A DNA stretch of 63,950 nt, filler included, from Octopus bimaculoides (lineage: Eukaryota), in NCBI RefSeq assembly GCF_001194135.2. It is 4 parts of 4 records of this genome, joined end to end, with 100 filler letters (N's around TTAATTAATTAA, not from the genome) between each part and the next. Parts side by side here need not be neighbours in the genome. Positions count along the whole stretch, not along the records: positions 24,787 to 56,429 come from NC_068982.1; 3 more parts are not named here. The stretch is one strand, 5' to 3'. How positions within the stretch are numbered: the stretch's first letter is position 1; the number at the start of each line of letters is the position of its first letter. The position numbers and the translations under genes are program-made. Below are positions 39,601-51,744 of the stretch, piece by piece. The notes under the pieces were generated by a model, which saw only the letters and a program-made list of their open reading frames with translations, ran no database searches and was not told the DNA's origin.

Positions 39601-40386
39601 AATTCATTTCACGGCTGGGCACCATTTGTTTGAAGTCCTCATCATCGACGATATCTCGAAACTCACGGTTACACACAAGACTGCTCGTACTACCACTACT
39701 ACTACTGCTGCTGCTGCTTCTACTGCTATTGGTACTGTTGGTACTTGTAGACTGACAGCTTTCAGTTTTGTTAGCAACATTATTTTTGTTGTTGTTCGCC
39801 ATGGCTCGTCTTCCTAATATAGGAGCGGCGGCAGGTTTCTTAGTTTGATCGCCAGTCGATGTGTGTGTGTTGGTAGTATTACGGTCATTTGGACTAGCAA
39901 TAGAGGTAGCAGTAGAAGTAATATTGTTATTATTATAAGTATTATTCGTGGTGTTTGTAACATCACCGCCGCCGCCTTGGGGTCGTCGAGGCGGTAATGG
40001 CGGAGGTGGTCGTTTCACCTGAGATCCACGACACGACGTTTGAGTTAAAGAAGAACGACTTACGTTTGCCGATGTAGAAGAAAGACATGGTGTTGTTGGT
40101 GTTTCTATAGACGTGTGAGACGAATATCTCGGTGCGGTCGTCATTTGTGAGTCGTCTGAAGTGAGGTTTTGAGGAGAATTACCGAGCTGAAGTGCAGAGG
40201 GCAGCCTTGGTCTAGTGTGAACACTCTCCAGCAGAGGGGGTGATACAACTTGTTGGAGCGGCGAGGCGGAACCCAACATAAAAACAGTTTTACCTGTCTC
40301 TCTCTTAGCTACAATAGGGTGGCTTCTTACCGTGCTGCCTACTTTAATGTCTGTACTAGAAGCAGCAGCAGCAGTAACTGTATTAT

Positions 40387-40427
<41 letters not shown>

Positions 40428-40972
40428 GTTGCTGCTGCTACTGCTGTATTATTTGCCTTCAGGCCTAATGGCTCGTCAGGTTGATAACTTATCTCCTGCT
40501 CCACACATCCGCCAGGTATGTCTGTCTTTCTGGGTATCGCCGTCGTTTGATAACAGTCATCAATAAAGTAAGTAGCTCTGTTTGTGGAATGATAACGAAC
40601 GTTGCTCATCTCCGAACTTGGAATGTTAGAATGACTGATTACACCTGGAATGTTGTGATCGGAATGTTGGCGGCTCGCTGGCATTGCAAAAGCAAAGGTT
40701 TTGAATTCGCAGGTCGCGGGTTCGATTTCAGCTTCGTCGTCAGCGTCTGAAAAGTTATCGTAATCATTACTATCATCTGTTTCCTGGTTATCTTCTGTGA
40801 GATGTTTCAGCCTGGGCGGTGGAGGGGAAATGATGGGAATGGTGGAGTCGTACTCGTTGACATCGGTTAAGAGTCTCCAAGAAAACATGATAGTAATGAT
40901 GGTGGCGATAGCGGCCGTGATAAACCGTTCGAACGCTCCGTCCATGGCTGGGACTCCTCCTGACGCATTCAT
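33677..40972 (-). CDS. Giant uninterrupted ORF, 2431 aa; uncharacterised, low-complexity (Ser/Thr/Asn/Glu/Pro-rich) protein with an N-terminal hydrophobic segment; probably one giant exon of a larger gene
   Basis: 7296-bp stop-free frame in a window where other ORFs are short or are microsatellite/N artefacts. It is more GC-rich than its flanks. Residues ~17-35 (FITAAIATIITIMFSWRLL) are hydrophobic. A higher-complexity block reads ...KSKSMQTLETNLD...RRVPSIHELRVSRSLQKLNVPAWYK...PIVPFLKIREMFEKK. I recognise no domain. The true start and exon structure are uncertain. Confidence 0.9.
34461..34470 (-). other. Strong 5' splice donor (AAG|GTAAGG) inside the giant ORF, phase 1, after codon 2168
   Basis: The minus strand reads aga aaa g|gt aag ggt. 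The exon would end at 34468. Sequence downstream becomes more AT-rich and Asn/Ser/Thr-rich. Confidence 0.5.
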
Positions 40973-41989
40973 CGTTTTAGATTCATTGAAAGAACATCGG
41001 AGAAGAAGAAGAAGAAAAAAGGAAAACGGCAGTTTTAAATAGTTTTATGAGAATAGATAAACAGTTGATTTAATCCAAGATGTAATCCATGAATAAAAAT
41101 CAATCAGTTCTATAGATCCGAAGAGAAAGAGCTGATCTGCCGCATGTAACAGCTGTCCACGTAGTTGGTGATGAGAAAGCGAGTTATAAATATATTTACA
41201 ATGACATACATACTGTGGTAGTCAAGCCACAAGGACAGGTTTAGGGCTACTGAGGTGTGTAGAGGACAGAGGAAAGATAATAGATATTGATTACAATTTT
41301 CTTTCTTTTTTTTTTCTTTTTTTACATATGCAAACACACCCAACTTTGCCAGTTGCAGAGAAACTTTTTTTCTTTTTCTTGCTATTTTTTTGTTTTTCAC
41401 TTTTTTTTTTCAGTATTGACAAAATAACAGGAATGGTTATTCAGCAGGAATATTAACGTGTTTCATAGATTAGCGAGGAATTTTGTGATGGAGAACAAAG
41501 TGAATGAAGGGTGACCTTTGTTTGTAGTCGTAGAATATAAAGAAATATTTAGCTGTCATTTGTGTCTCAGTGAAATATTGTGCTACGAGAGAATCGGGTC
41601 CGCTGTGTAGCAATATGCAGGGAATGCATTTGGTGTTATTTACCAACAATAGACGTCAACTTGTGTAAATTCCACAACATTGTTGTTTTATAATTTAAAT
41701 ATATAGCCATTACCTTCTTTATGCCTCCTAACCGTCCGTAAAATATCCATGTTCACAGAAAGGTAATCCTCTGGGGTCATGAGTGAAGCTTTTTAAATGA
41801 GTAAAATCTGTTGTAATATTTCCAAATGAAAATAAGCGTTTCGCAACAGGGAGGCAGACTCCTTGCCTCCGCTTGTACCAGCAGTGTAGCATCTATTTTA
41901 CTGAAGATGAGACGTGTGTCAGTTTAAGAATTCAATTCTCTCGTTTCCTCCCGGTTTTTTTCTGTAAGATTTGTGCACGCAAAAGGAAT

Positions 41990-42200
41990 CCAGTCGGTTA
42001 CATTCAGTGAAATGTATTCCCAGAGCTGCCAGCAGACGTTTGTGCAAAAAAACACGCACTTGCAAGTGCGACACGAAGGCGAAAAAAAATCGTAGCTTCG
42101 CAGCGAAAGACCAATCGAGGCGTCGAGTGGCAGTCACGTGGTAGCACGTCATCAGATCGATATGAGCGTCGACGGCGGCGGAGGAACAGAATCACAGGTG
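41990..42200. promoter_or_regulatory. CpG-rich promoter-like patch with CCAAT box, E-box and CRE/ATF-like site
   Basis: CCAATC at 42111-42116, GTCACGTG (core CACGTG at 42135-42140) and CACGTCATCA (TGACGTG on minus) at 42145-42154. There is dense CpG in a non-repetitive context about 1.1 kb upstream of the ORF start. Confidence 0.5.
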
Positions 42201-42998
42201 GTCAACTTTGACAAAGTGACACTTAAGATGTCACCACATTCTATCTCTTTCTAGCTGACTACTACAATTAATATTAGGATATTGATATTAAAAGTTGCTG
42301 CACAGCTTGATTGAGTGATTCAGTTTGATCGATCGGCTGAAGAATGAGAAAGCTTTCCATATTCCTAATATTTTAAATAAGGGATATAAAATAATTTCAG
42401 GCCATCAGTTGATGAAGAGGGAGGGGGGAAGAGAGAGAGAGAGAGAGAGAGAGAGTAGATATGTCGTCAGTTCATTGCCACAGTATAAAAAGTGTCGTAA
42501 GGAATGCATTTGGAGTTGCAGGACGAGTAGGACTTCTGCTTAAAAGTTGTTTCGACTTTCTTTTTTTATATTTATTCAGTTATTATTTGTTATTTTGTTT
42601 TTTCTGGACTGAATGAGAAAAAGAATTTCGTGGGAGACGGACAAGACTATGAGCAAACAGAAAGAGAGAAAGAAAGAAAGAAAAATGATTAATTTAAAAA
42701 TAAATACAACTTGCTTACCAAGCTAACTGCAACTGAGATGTAGAAACAGCCATATGCAATGTTTGTAGAGGAATAAACCAGTTGGCTTTTATCATATTTT
42801 TATAAAAGTGAGAATAAGAAATATATGGAGAGAGAGAGAAAGAGAGAGAGAGAAACGAGAACATTTATCAAGAAATGCATTTCTTCCTCAGCCGTTTCTT
42901 CTTTCGGTTAACAAAAATAATAGTTGTAACGATAAGGGGAGGGAGGGGCGAATATTTTGTAGGAATTTACAGAAAGTCAAATAATAATGGTTTCAAAT

Positions 42999-43192
42999 TT
43001 TGACACAAGGCTAGCAATGGAGTAAGCCAATTGTACTGACGCCAGTGCTCAACTGGTACCTATTTCATCGATCTCGGAAAGGATGAAAGGCAATGTCAAC
43101 CTTGGCGGCATTTACAGTCATAAGGTAAAGACGAACGAAATGCCGCTAAGCATTTTGCCCGGCGTTCTAGCGATTCTGCCAGCTCGCCGCCC
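42999..43192 (-). mobile_element. SINE family A
   Basis: Reverse complement of the 62827 copy (GATTCTGCCAGCTCGCC head). Confidence 0.8.
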
Positions 43193-43299
43193 TACGTATT
43201 TTTCCGACATTAATAACAATAATAACGATTATAGACAGTATATGAATTGAAACAATATGCAATAAAGGTAGGTTTTATTTTCTTTAGCTATGGATGCGT

Positions 43300-43480
43300 T
43301 CAATAGAGCTCAGTGGAGAAGCTCCTGCTACCAAGCCACCTCCGACTTTGTAACAACCAGGATCAACACATTGGAGGAGAAAAAAACCCAATGCAGAATT
43401 GGGTCCAATATACCCCACCAAAATGGCGGAGACCACTATTACATCGTCTCCAGCTGGATCTGAATTCCCTCACGAAGCGA
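43300..43480 (+). mobile_element. Decayed RTE (Bov-B-like) LINE 3' end
   Basis: DAFNRAQWRSSCYQATSDFVTTRINTLEEKK resembles the RTE A.DR..WR......FE..R...L.EKR tail. Confidence 0.5.
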
Positions 43481-44903
43481 ACTGGGAACACTGTGCTGCT
43501 GTGTCCTGTTGAACCGTCATTCGCTGAAGCGATGAGGGAGACCAATATAATTGCAATTGTTAGACTCAACTAATAATGATTAAAATTCTGTTCTTAAATA
43601 AATTGTTTCCAGTTGAAATGAAAAACCAGGGTTCAAACCCAGCTTGCTGCCGAAAACGTACCATTTCCACCTACCCCAGCAGTATCTCTCCACAGCATTA
43701 TTGAACATAAAACCCCCCCAGATCAAATAGAAAAGAATCGATATGTTTTGATCCCTTGCTACAATTCAAACTCAACAACGATGGAGTATTGACCTGGTCG
43801 TTCGATCTGCAGGAAACAGAAGCCAAATCGCTATCAAATCACACTAGACCTTAAAGAAAGGAAGGATGTGTTCGATAACGTAGACCTGGATACCCTTAAA
43901 ATGGAGGTGGTCACAACTGGAATTCTTTCAATCATAAGTCTGTTTACTCTTTAAGACTTCTCCTGGAGCTAAACAGCTTATTACCACCAAATGCTCTAAC
44001 ATCATGAAAATAGTTGAAAGGACGTGGAACAAAATCTAAATTAAAAAGCAAACCCCGTCAACCATAGAGTGTAGGGGTGATTTATATAGTTAAGTCTATA
44101 ACCGAGAGCTCATCAATTAATTATACAGTTTAAGGACAAAGCTTATTTGATCCAAGAAGTGAATTGGAGTCGACCTTTCTTTTTTTTTTATATATATTTA
44201 ACCTTTAAAATTCATAATATTAGAAATGACTTTATGAAAACAGGAAATACCAGAGTTGTGAAGACTTTGTAAGTAGGCTTTATAATCAGACAATATACAC
44301 GTCGTAAAAGTATACACGTATTATTTGATTCTCTGCCTGAAGAATTTCTAACGGGAGATACCTTATATGATTTGCCTACATGTACAATTTTGTAACTCCT
44401 ATTAACAAATGAAACATGTGTAATGGTGAATAAATAATTTCAAAACATTTTTCCAATCTCATACACAATATACACAATGTATAGTTATACAACATACACT
44501 GTTATATAAACTATATAATTATACCATATAGACTTGCAATATAGATTATATAGTTATACAGTATACATCGTTATACAGACTGCATAGACCACTATATATA
44601 CAATACACAACGTTATATAGACATGCTATATAGACTACATACTTATGCAATATACACTGTTACATAGTATACATAGACAGACTGTTATATAAACTATAAA
44701 TAAAGTAGAAAAAAAACACAGCTTGTTTTCAATGATATCATCTCACATTGTTTCGTCCGTCCTGGTTGAAGAAAAGGAAACACAATCAAACAAACAGTAC
44801 TTATGTTACAGTTGCAAATAGTTGTCAGTATATTTGTTGCAGTTGTTAGTGCTGTAGTAGCTGTTGTTCACTGCAAATGTTTGTCTTGAGTATCCAAACT
44901 TAA

Positions 44904-45125
44904 CCCTTTCGTTACAAACGCAGCTGAAACCGGTTCTGGCTCTGTAGTACAAATGTTTTGTTTTCATAAGTTTTGAATCAAAATCTTCCACCAAACCTTA
45001 GTCTCAATTTATGTTCCTAACACTAGCTTAATGAGAACTAAGTTATTTTACTAAATTCTTTGTTATATTTAAAATAATTGAAAAGAAACACAGAGGATCT
45101 CAAAAATAAATTCAGTAACGAAAGG
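44904..45125. mobile_element. piggyBac-like MITE, family 2
   Basis: TTAA|CCCTTTCGTTAC at the left end and GTAACGAAAGG at the right end. Confidence 0.65.
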
Positions 45126-46651
45126 TCTTTGTTCATCAAGGCAGACTTCAGTCAACTTTGATCAAGGCAGACCCATGGCTATCTTGATCATCATCATCGT
45201 CGAACCTTGGGCATTACTGTCTCGAGTCCTGGGGCTCTAAGGACCAGTTAACTGGTTTCCATGGCTTAAAAGTTACCGATATCAGAACATGCCACTGGAT
45301 GGGACGCTAGTCTGTCGCAGGGTCACCCGTTTCCTGCTGGATCGGTTAAAGCAACGTGAAATGAAGTGTTTCACTCCAGAACACAACGCACCACCCCAAT
45401 CCGGGAATTGAAACCACTCTTGCGATTATGAGCGCTACACCCTATCCACTAGGCCACGTGACTTCACAAATCCCCCCCAAATCAAAGCAAATCCGCAATA
45501 AAGACAATCTATTCATGAAGACCATACCGTCCTCTTTTCAGGCATAGTGTATCTATGACTACACTATTTAATGTACTTCTTTAAAGATGGCAGGAGTCTA
45601 TTTTGAAGGTCATGTCAGCAATATATATTTCTTTTCCAATGTGAGAAACCTTGCATAACGGAATACCTTGTGGTGTTTAGTTAGTCCTTTTACGCTCTGA
45701 GTTTAAATCCCCTGGGGTAGGTTAAAACTACTACACCCACCTAAAAATGTGGGGCCTTATTTTGTTTTATGTTTATATCCTCATTGTAGTGGCGTTGTTT
45801 GAGTACGTGCTGCCCTGCCACTCCGCCTCCTCACCCTCTATACAGGCTTATATAGCAGACCCCAAAGCGCCACCCCTTCGTCCCCTTAGCTACGCAAGTA
45901 TTTCACAGAAAACCCCTTCGCTATTATTAAACAGTTAAAGCTCTTAAGAAAGGAATGAGTACGACTTTACATTTTCTTTTCTCTTTAAAAAAGTAATTTG
46001 TAGTTGCCTCCCAATGTAAGAAGCAATTATTTTCCATTACAGAAAGTAAAATTCACACCCAGCCAGCATGGCTTTGGTAGCCTGAACCATGCTTTCGCTA
46101 ACTGCTGTACATGTTTATGTGGCTGCCAGAAACATACACACCTGCTTGGGCCTTGCTTACGTTTGATCCAGCAATCACATCCAGGATGTGGCAACTGGAA
46201 AGAGAGAGAAATCTGCACAAGCAACTAGCTGTTACTTGTTTCCACTGGAATAGACTGGCACAAAGTGAAATAAAGTGACACAAAACACGGCCCTGTCTAG
46301 AATTTGAATCTACGACCTTATGGCAGTGAGCCAAACACTATAACCACTTGGCTACAATGTTGAACTTTTAAGCTGCGTGATTAATCACCTCCAGATTTCT
46401 GTTTTTAAGTTGTCGGGTTTGCAATATTTCGTCTGTATCGTAAAAATATTCTCATCACGTTTCGAAATGAAGATATTAGAAGTATGTTTAAATTAACACT
46501 GGTTTTACATAGTTTTCAGCCCAGAGTTTAATGAAAATGCAAAATGAAACAAAAGCGGAATTTTAAATCAAGAAATGTGTAACAAGTCAAAAGAAATCCA
46601 TAAATATTGACGACGAACTGCTAATTAAATAATATTAATAAAAATAATAAT

Positions 46652-46790
46652 CCTTTCTACTGTAGGCACGAGGCCTGAAACTTGGAAAGTCGACTCTATC
46701 GTCCCCAGTGCTCAACTGGTATTTATTTCATCGACCCCAGCAGAATTTAAGCTATGAACGTAAAGACGGACGAAATGCGGCAAAACACTT
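46652..46790 (-). mobile_element. SINE family A (partial)
   Basis: CCCCAGTGCTCAACTGGT...ATCGACCCC core. Further partial copies lie at 4445-4520 (+) and 50438-50535 (-). Confidence 0.7.
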
Positions 46791-47574
46791 CATATCACGC
46801 TGCTCCACTGTAAATGAGTTCAAACAGTAGCTGAGAAGTTAACACTGCGACGGACTGACGTCCTTTCCAGGAGGTGGGGAATTTTATAATCTCATTCACT
46901 TACACACTAAGGAAACCGGGTTAAGTTCCGGTGCTATGAGTCCCAGTGGGGTCATGACGGACCTAAGCCAAAGACACAAGTTTCAATATTTCAGAGGAGC
47001 AGAAATTAACCCATTGCTTGCCATGAGCCTCATTTGGAGATCTGCTAAAAACAGTCTCATTGCTGGTTCTTCGTTGTATTCTAAGTTGATTGCTTATGTA
47101 CATTGCATTTGCAGAAGTGTGCTTAACAATATTTAGTTGTTAAAGTTTGTCATTATTAAATCTGGCCAATTCTAGAGGACATTTTATCTCATAAATCGCA
47201 ATTTTTGAACTACAATAATATTGACTGTTTTGAAAACGTCTTTTCTTTTCTTTTGCATCTATATCATTCATTAATATTTCATACACATTCGCATTTGATA
47301 CTATAGTTTCAAAAAAACTAAAATATTTATTATTGCAATTGAATAGAAAAGGATAAATATGCTTTTTTTCAGCGATCCCCATTTGGGACTTTTCGAAAAA
47401 TTAATCATAATTTCCAAAATAATTCACATAAGAAGAAAATTTAAATACTATATTTTATTTGAACTCCTAAGACACCAGGCAAAGCCCAGAAAAATATGAA
47501 TAAAAAAAATTGGCAGTTAAGACGGCGACCTAAGTGAGAATCGAAACCACTTACAAATGGCATCAAAGACGGTC

Positions 47575-47955
47575 TTTTATCTTTCACTTGTTTCAGTCAT
47601 TAGACTGTGACCATGCTGGAGCACCGCCTTGAAGATTTTTTACTCGAATGAATCGGCCTAATGTTTTTTTTAAAGTCTGGTACTTATTCTATCGGTATCT
47701 TTTGTAGAACCGCTAAGTTACAGGGACGTAAATACACCAACACTCCCCGTCAAGCTGGGGTCGGTGGGTGAGGAACACACACACACACACACACGATGGT
47801 CTTCTTTCAGTTCCCATTTACCAAATCCACTGACAAAGTTTTGGTCGACTCGAGACTATAGCAGAAAACACTTGCCCAATGTGCCAGGCAGTGAAACAGA
47901 GCTCGGAACCATATGGCTAGGAAACATGGCTTCTTACCACGCAGATACGCCTGCG
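47575..47955 (-). mobile_element. SINE family B
   Basis: Head about 47800-47955 and tail about 47575-47770. A further tail copy lies at 57050-57235 (-). Confidence 0.75.
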
Positions 47956-49819
47956 CCAGGATGGTTTAAACTGTTAACTCGATTGTATATAAGAGTGAGA
48001 GGGAAACTGTTGCATTTTAGTTAAGACAAATATATTTATATAAAGACAAAAAGGAAAGCTTGAAAAGTTTCCATTAAACAAATATTTTAAAATTTTAAAC
48101 GGAAACTTGTTAAGGAAAAATGTCTCAAAGACTTCTTTCAATTAGCTCAGTTCAAAAGACGATCTTCGACCACAAATACCAAATAAAAATAGTACATTTT
48201 TAGTTTTTAGTGTTCTCCCCCACCTTTAAAAGAAGAATAGTGACTTTATAAATGGATTAAGAAATTGTGAAAACGAAACCAAATTTATACTAAAAGACTT
48301 ACAGACCAGACCACTGTGACATAGAACTGTCGATGTGTGAAGCCATTGCACGTGAGCATGTGTCAGAAACTGATATTAAATAGAACACCGATTACTTTTA
48401 TTATTATTATTATTGTTATTATTATTATTTGTATCGATTCCATTAGAACAGCAAGATCAAAGACCAGAACGATCAAAGTGAATTTAGGAACGCTATAGAA
48501 ATACTAATCAAGCCAAAAAGATTCAACGGATTAAAAGACTACAAACTCAGCCGTCACGTGATGACGATACAATGACACATCTACTTAAAAAAAAAAAAGA
48601 GAAAAAAAACTATCACACACACCACAAAGTCATACGTACACCTTTGCACCATAAATTCTAAGATCAAAAAGTTTATTGATTTGATGTGTCTGCCATGAAC
48701 TGATTTCAACTCTCGAATGGAATCTTGTGATTTTATATTCAGCATGAACATCGCAACATCACTGCTCTGCGAATATAATATCTGACGTTTGGGTTTCAAA
48801 TCGTTACACTATCGCGGCACCTCAATTCCTTATTATGGGCGACATCGCAGTAGCAAGCTATGGCAGACACTGATGAAAATTCACTAATGTCGGCGGCACC
48901 ACTGCAGTTAAACTGTGACACACTATTATTGGCATAATAGTAAGATGTGGCACATCGATCTAAATTCATTATAATCGGCGGCACCGCAGTAGTAAGCTAC
49001 GGCGGCACATCGATTGAAATTCTCTGGGTTTTAATTGAGACATGAAATATGGCATGTCTAATTCATACAACAGGCATATTGGCTGCAAAAGAAGCAGCGC
49101 TTAAAACACAGTTTGTATGCGTGCGTTCGAGTGTTGAGAGAGAATTTACGAGAAGCAAACATCACGGAAAATAACATCGTTTTCTTTTTCATTGTATCAC
49201 TCGCAGGTAAAAATCCCAACTGCCATAAACTTACTTTATGAAATAAAATAAATAATAACAATAAACATTGGCAACGGGCTTAACTAAAAGTTGACTAATT
49301 CAACAAGTTTTAAGTCTTAAAGTGAAATATTTGCAGTCTTTTACAGGCGGAAATTACTCGATTATCGTTCCAGGTTTTTATTTTATTTCATTATTGTTAT
49401 TTGTTTGTTATTTCTTCACTCCAGCATCAGCCGCCATCGCATGAGAGTGTTCTGAAGCGAACCGTGAAAGCTTCAATAGCAATTGCAAGCGAAGCGAGCA
49501 GCGTTCTAATGGGTTGAGCTGAGTAACCCATAGCAACGTCGGTGACGTAAGCTTCAAGGGGAAGGTTTGTGCGGGGGAGGCAGAAAGGCTACGGAAGGGA
49601 AACATGGATTGGAGATTAAATTCCGATGGGGGAGGCAACACATTATTGTGGAGCACGAAGTAGAGAGGGGGGGGGAGACGGATAAGAGAGATGAATGAAT
49701 TGTGTTATGGAGAGTTCAGTGAAGCTGAATAAATATAGATACTGTTGGAATAATGTCTGGAGAATTAAGCCTAAAACAGAACAGATGGTGTTTAAGGGTG
49801 AAACTAATTCCTACCAATA

Positions 49820-49850
<31 letters not shown>

Positions 49851-49916
49851 GTCTATCTATCTGTCTAGCCATCTATCTATCTATCTATCTATCTATGTCT
49901 ATCTATCTGTCTAGCC

Positions 49917-49954
<38 letters not shown>

Positions 49955-50022
49955 GTCTATCTATCTGTCTAGCCATCTATCTATCTATCCATCTAGCTAT
50001 CTATCCATCTATCTATCTATCT
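49820..50022. repeat. (CTAT)n microsatellite with a higher-order unit ending TATGTCTATCTATCTGTCTAGCC, three copies
   Basis: Directly visible. Confidence 0.85.
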
Positions 50023-50529
50023 AAATGTTAGGCATCTATCTACTATCCGTCGATGTATGCATCTGTCTATCAATCATCTATGTGCCAATTTATCGATTTA
50101 TCTGTGATTATATACATCGATCTGTCTCTATATACCTTCCTATATTTATGCGCTATTTCCATCTAAAACTATGTAGTATCTATTAAACTGCCAGCAGCCC
50201 ATCTATTGATAGCTACGTATTTATATATACATATATATAAACTATTATATATATATATCTATATATTTCTATACTTTCTAAATATGATAGGGTTCAGTGA
50301 AATCGGGCATTGAAATTATATATTAGCTGCCTCAACGGGAATTAAACAGATCCAACATGGTTACTACAGCAGTATTCCAACGTTTAATCTAATACTCCAG
50401 CATGTCTAAGTGTTTTACCATATTTAATACAGAAAGATTGGATTCAAATGTTGGCACGGGGCCAACAATTTCGAGGTAACGGGTAAGTCGATTACATCGA
50501 CCCCATTGCCCAACTGTTATCTATTTTAT

Positions 50530-51350
50530 CGACTCACACACACAAAAGATGTAATGGGTTTTCCGCGTGTACACAATGTAATAACAATAAAAATTGAACA
50601 AATTAAAACTCCCAATAGAGGAGGCGCTTTAAGGTCCTCGTGGAAGACCCCACAAAAGCCACGGGTGCTTGAACAACCGGGCAAGAGCCTGTCTCCTTTT
50701 TTTTTTTTTACAGGTGTACACTCAGAATTGGTCCTTTCACATTGGCCATTCTTCCAACATTCACCCACCTTTCAACAAAATTGCTACAAGGCAACATTTC
50801 CCTCTCCCCCCTCAACTTCCTTTTCAAGTAAAACTTGAAAAAGTTGATGAGGGCTTTGGCCAAAGAGGAAAGTGTCTGTCTTTAGCCCTTTCAAACGGGT
50901 CCACCATACTACATATTTCGCTACAGCCACTAGACAAATAAAAATCGCCTGCCCCTCCCGGCCAAAAGTGGGCGGCGGGGCAATCTTCACAATGGATTCA
51001 GCTGATAGCCAGATCCATCCTACATGCGACAGCAGGTGTTCGACATAAACCCACTGGTCAGCAATACTCGGGCACTGGACTAGGGCGTGCAGAACCGTTT
51101 CATCGTTTTGGGCGCACCTCGGGCAGACCCGGCTGACGGCACTTCCGTACCTGTAAATTTTACCCCTAACAGGCAGCGCCCCTCAGTAGCACTGCAAGGT
51201 AAGGGATTTCTGGAAGTTATACTTAGGCCCAGGCCCGAAAGTTCTCCGAAACAGACCGGTTAGTTGAACCTCATCGACGCCCAGAGTTTCCCGGAGAACG
51301 TCATCGCACTTTCCTCCCACCAGCCCACTATAGAACGCTAGAGTGGTACT
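50530..51350 (-). mobile_element. 3' end of a Tx1/L1-clade LINE ORF2 with zinc-binding C-terminal domain and 3' UTR
   Basis: LQCY*GALPVRGKIY...VCPRCAQNDETVLHALVQCP...VAVAKYVVWWTRLKG fits the CxxC-x-ET-xx-H-xxx-C motif of L1/Tx1 ORF2. Confidence 0.85.
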
Positions 51351-51511
51351 ATAATACAGCTCTATATTTAAGAGATGAGGAATTATGTACAACATTTACA
51401 GTTGATGGATACAACAACCTCCTTAGCAGATATGAATAACATATTAAAGAAGGATAGGAAAATATTAGATTTATAAGCCCTAAAACAGATATTCACTCCA
51501 TAATTGCCCAC

Positions 51512-51744
51512 GGGCATATGGCATAGTGGTTAAGAGCGAGGGCTACTAACAAATTATTCCGAGTTCGATTCCAGGCAATGACCAGAATAATAATAATAAT
51601 AATAACATCGAAAAATACCTTAGGAATGAGAACCCAGGTTCGAAATTTCCCCAAGACACCTGATGAAGGCTGGAGGGTATATCAGCCGAAATATTGTGTT
51701 AACAACAAACAAGATGAGGACAAATATCCGTCAAATGTAAATAA
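51512..51744 (+). mobile_element. tRNA-derived SINE (family E) with an (AAT)n linker and a hammerhead-containing, Penelope-like 3' half
   Basis: A box TGGCATAGTGG at 51519-51529, B box GTTCGATTCC at 51563-51572, and hammerhead core at 51655-51700. Confidence 0.8.
51655..51700 (+). ncRNA. Minimal type I hammerhead ribozyme motif
   Basis: Stem I GACAC/GUGUU; core CUGAUGA plus an extra A; stem II GGCUG/CAGCC; GAAA; stem III reduced to the palindrome AAUAUU; NUH = AUU. Confidence 0.7.

Noticed and set aside
51512-51575. Genuine tRNA genes at SINE heads (also 25320-25392, 13685-13745 and 55940-56000)
   Set aside because: A and B boxes are present, but there is no complete cloverleaf or acceptor stem and each continues into a SINE body.
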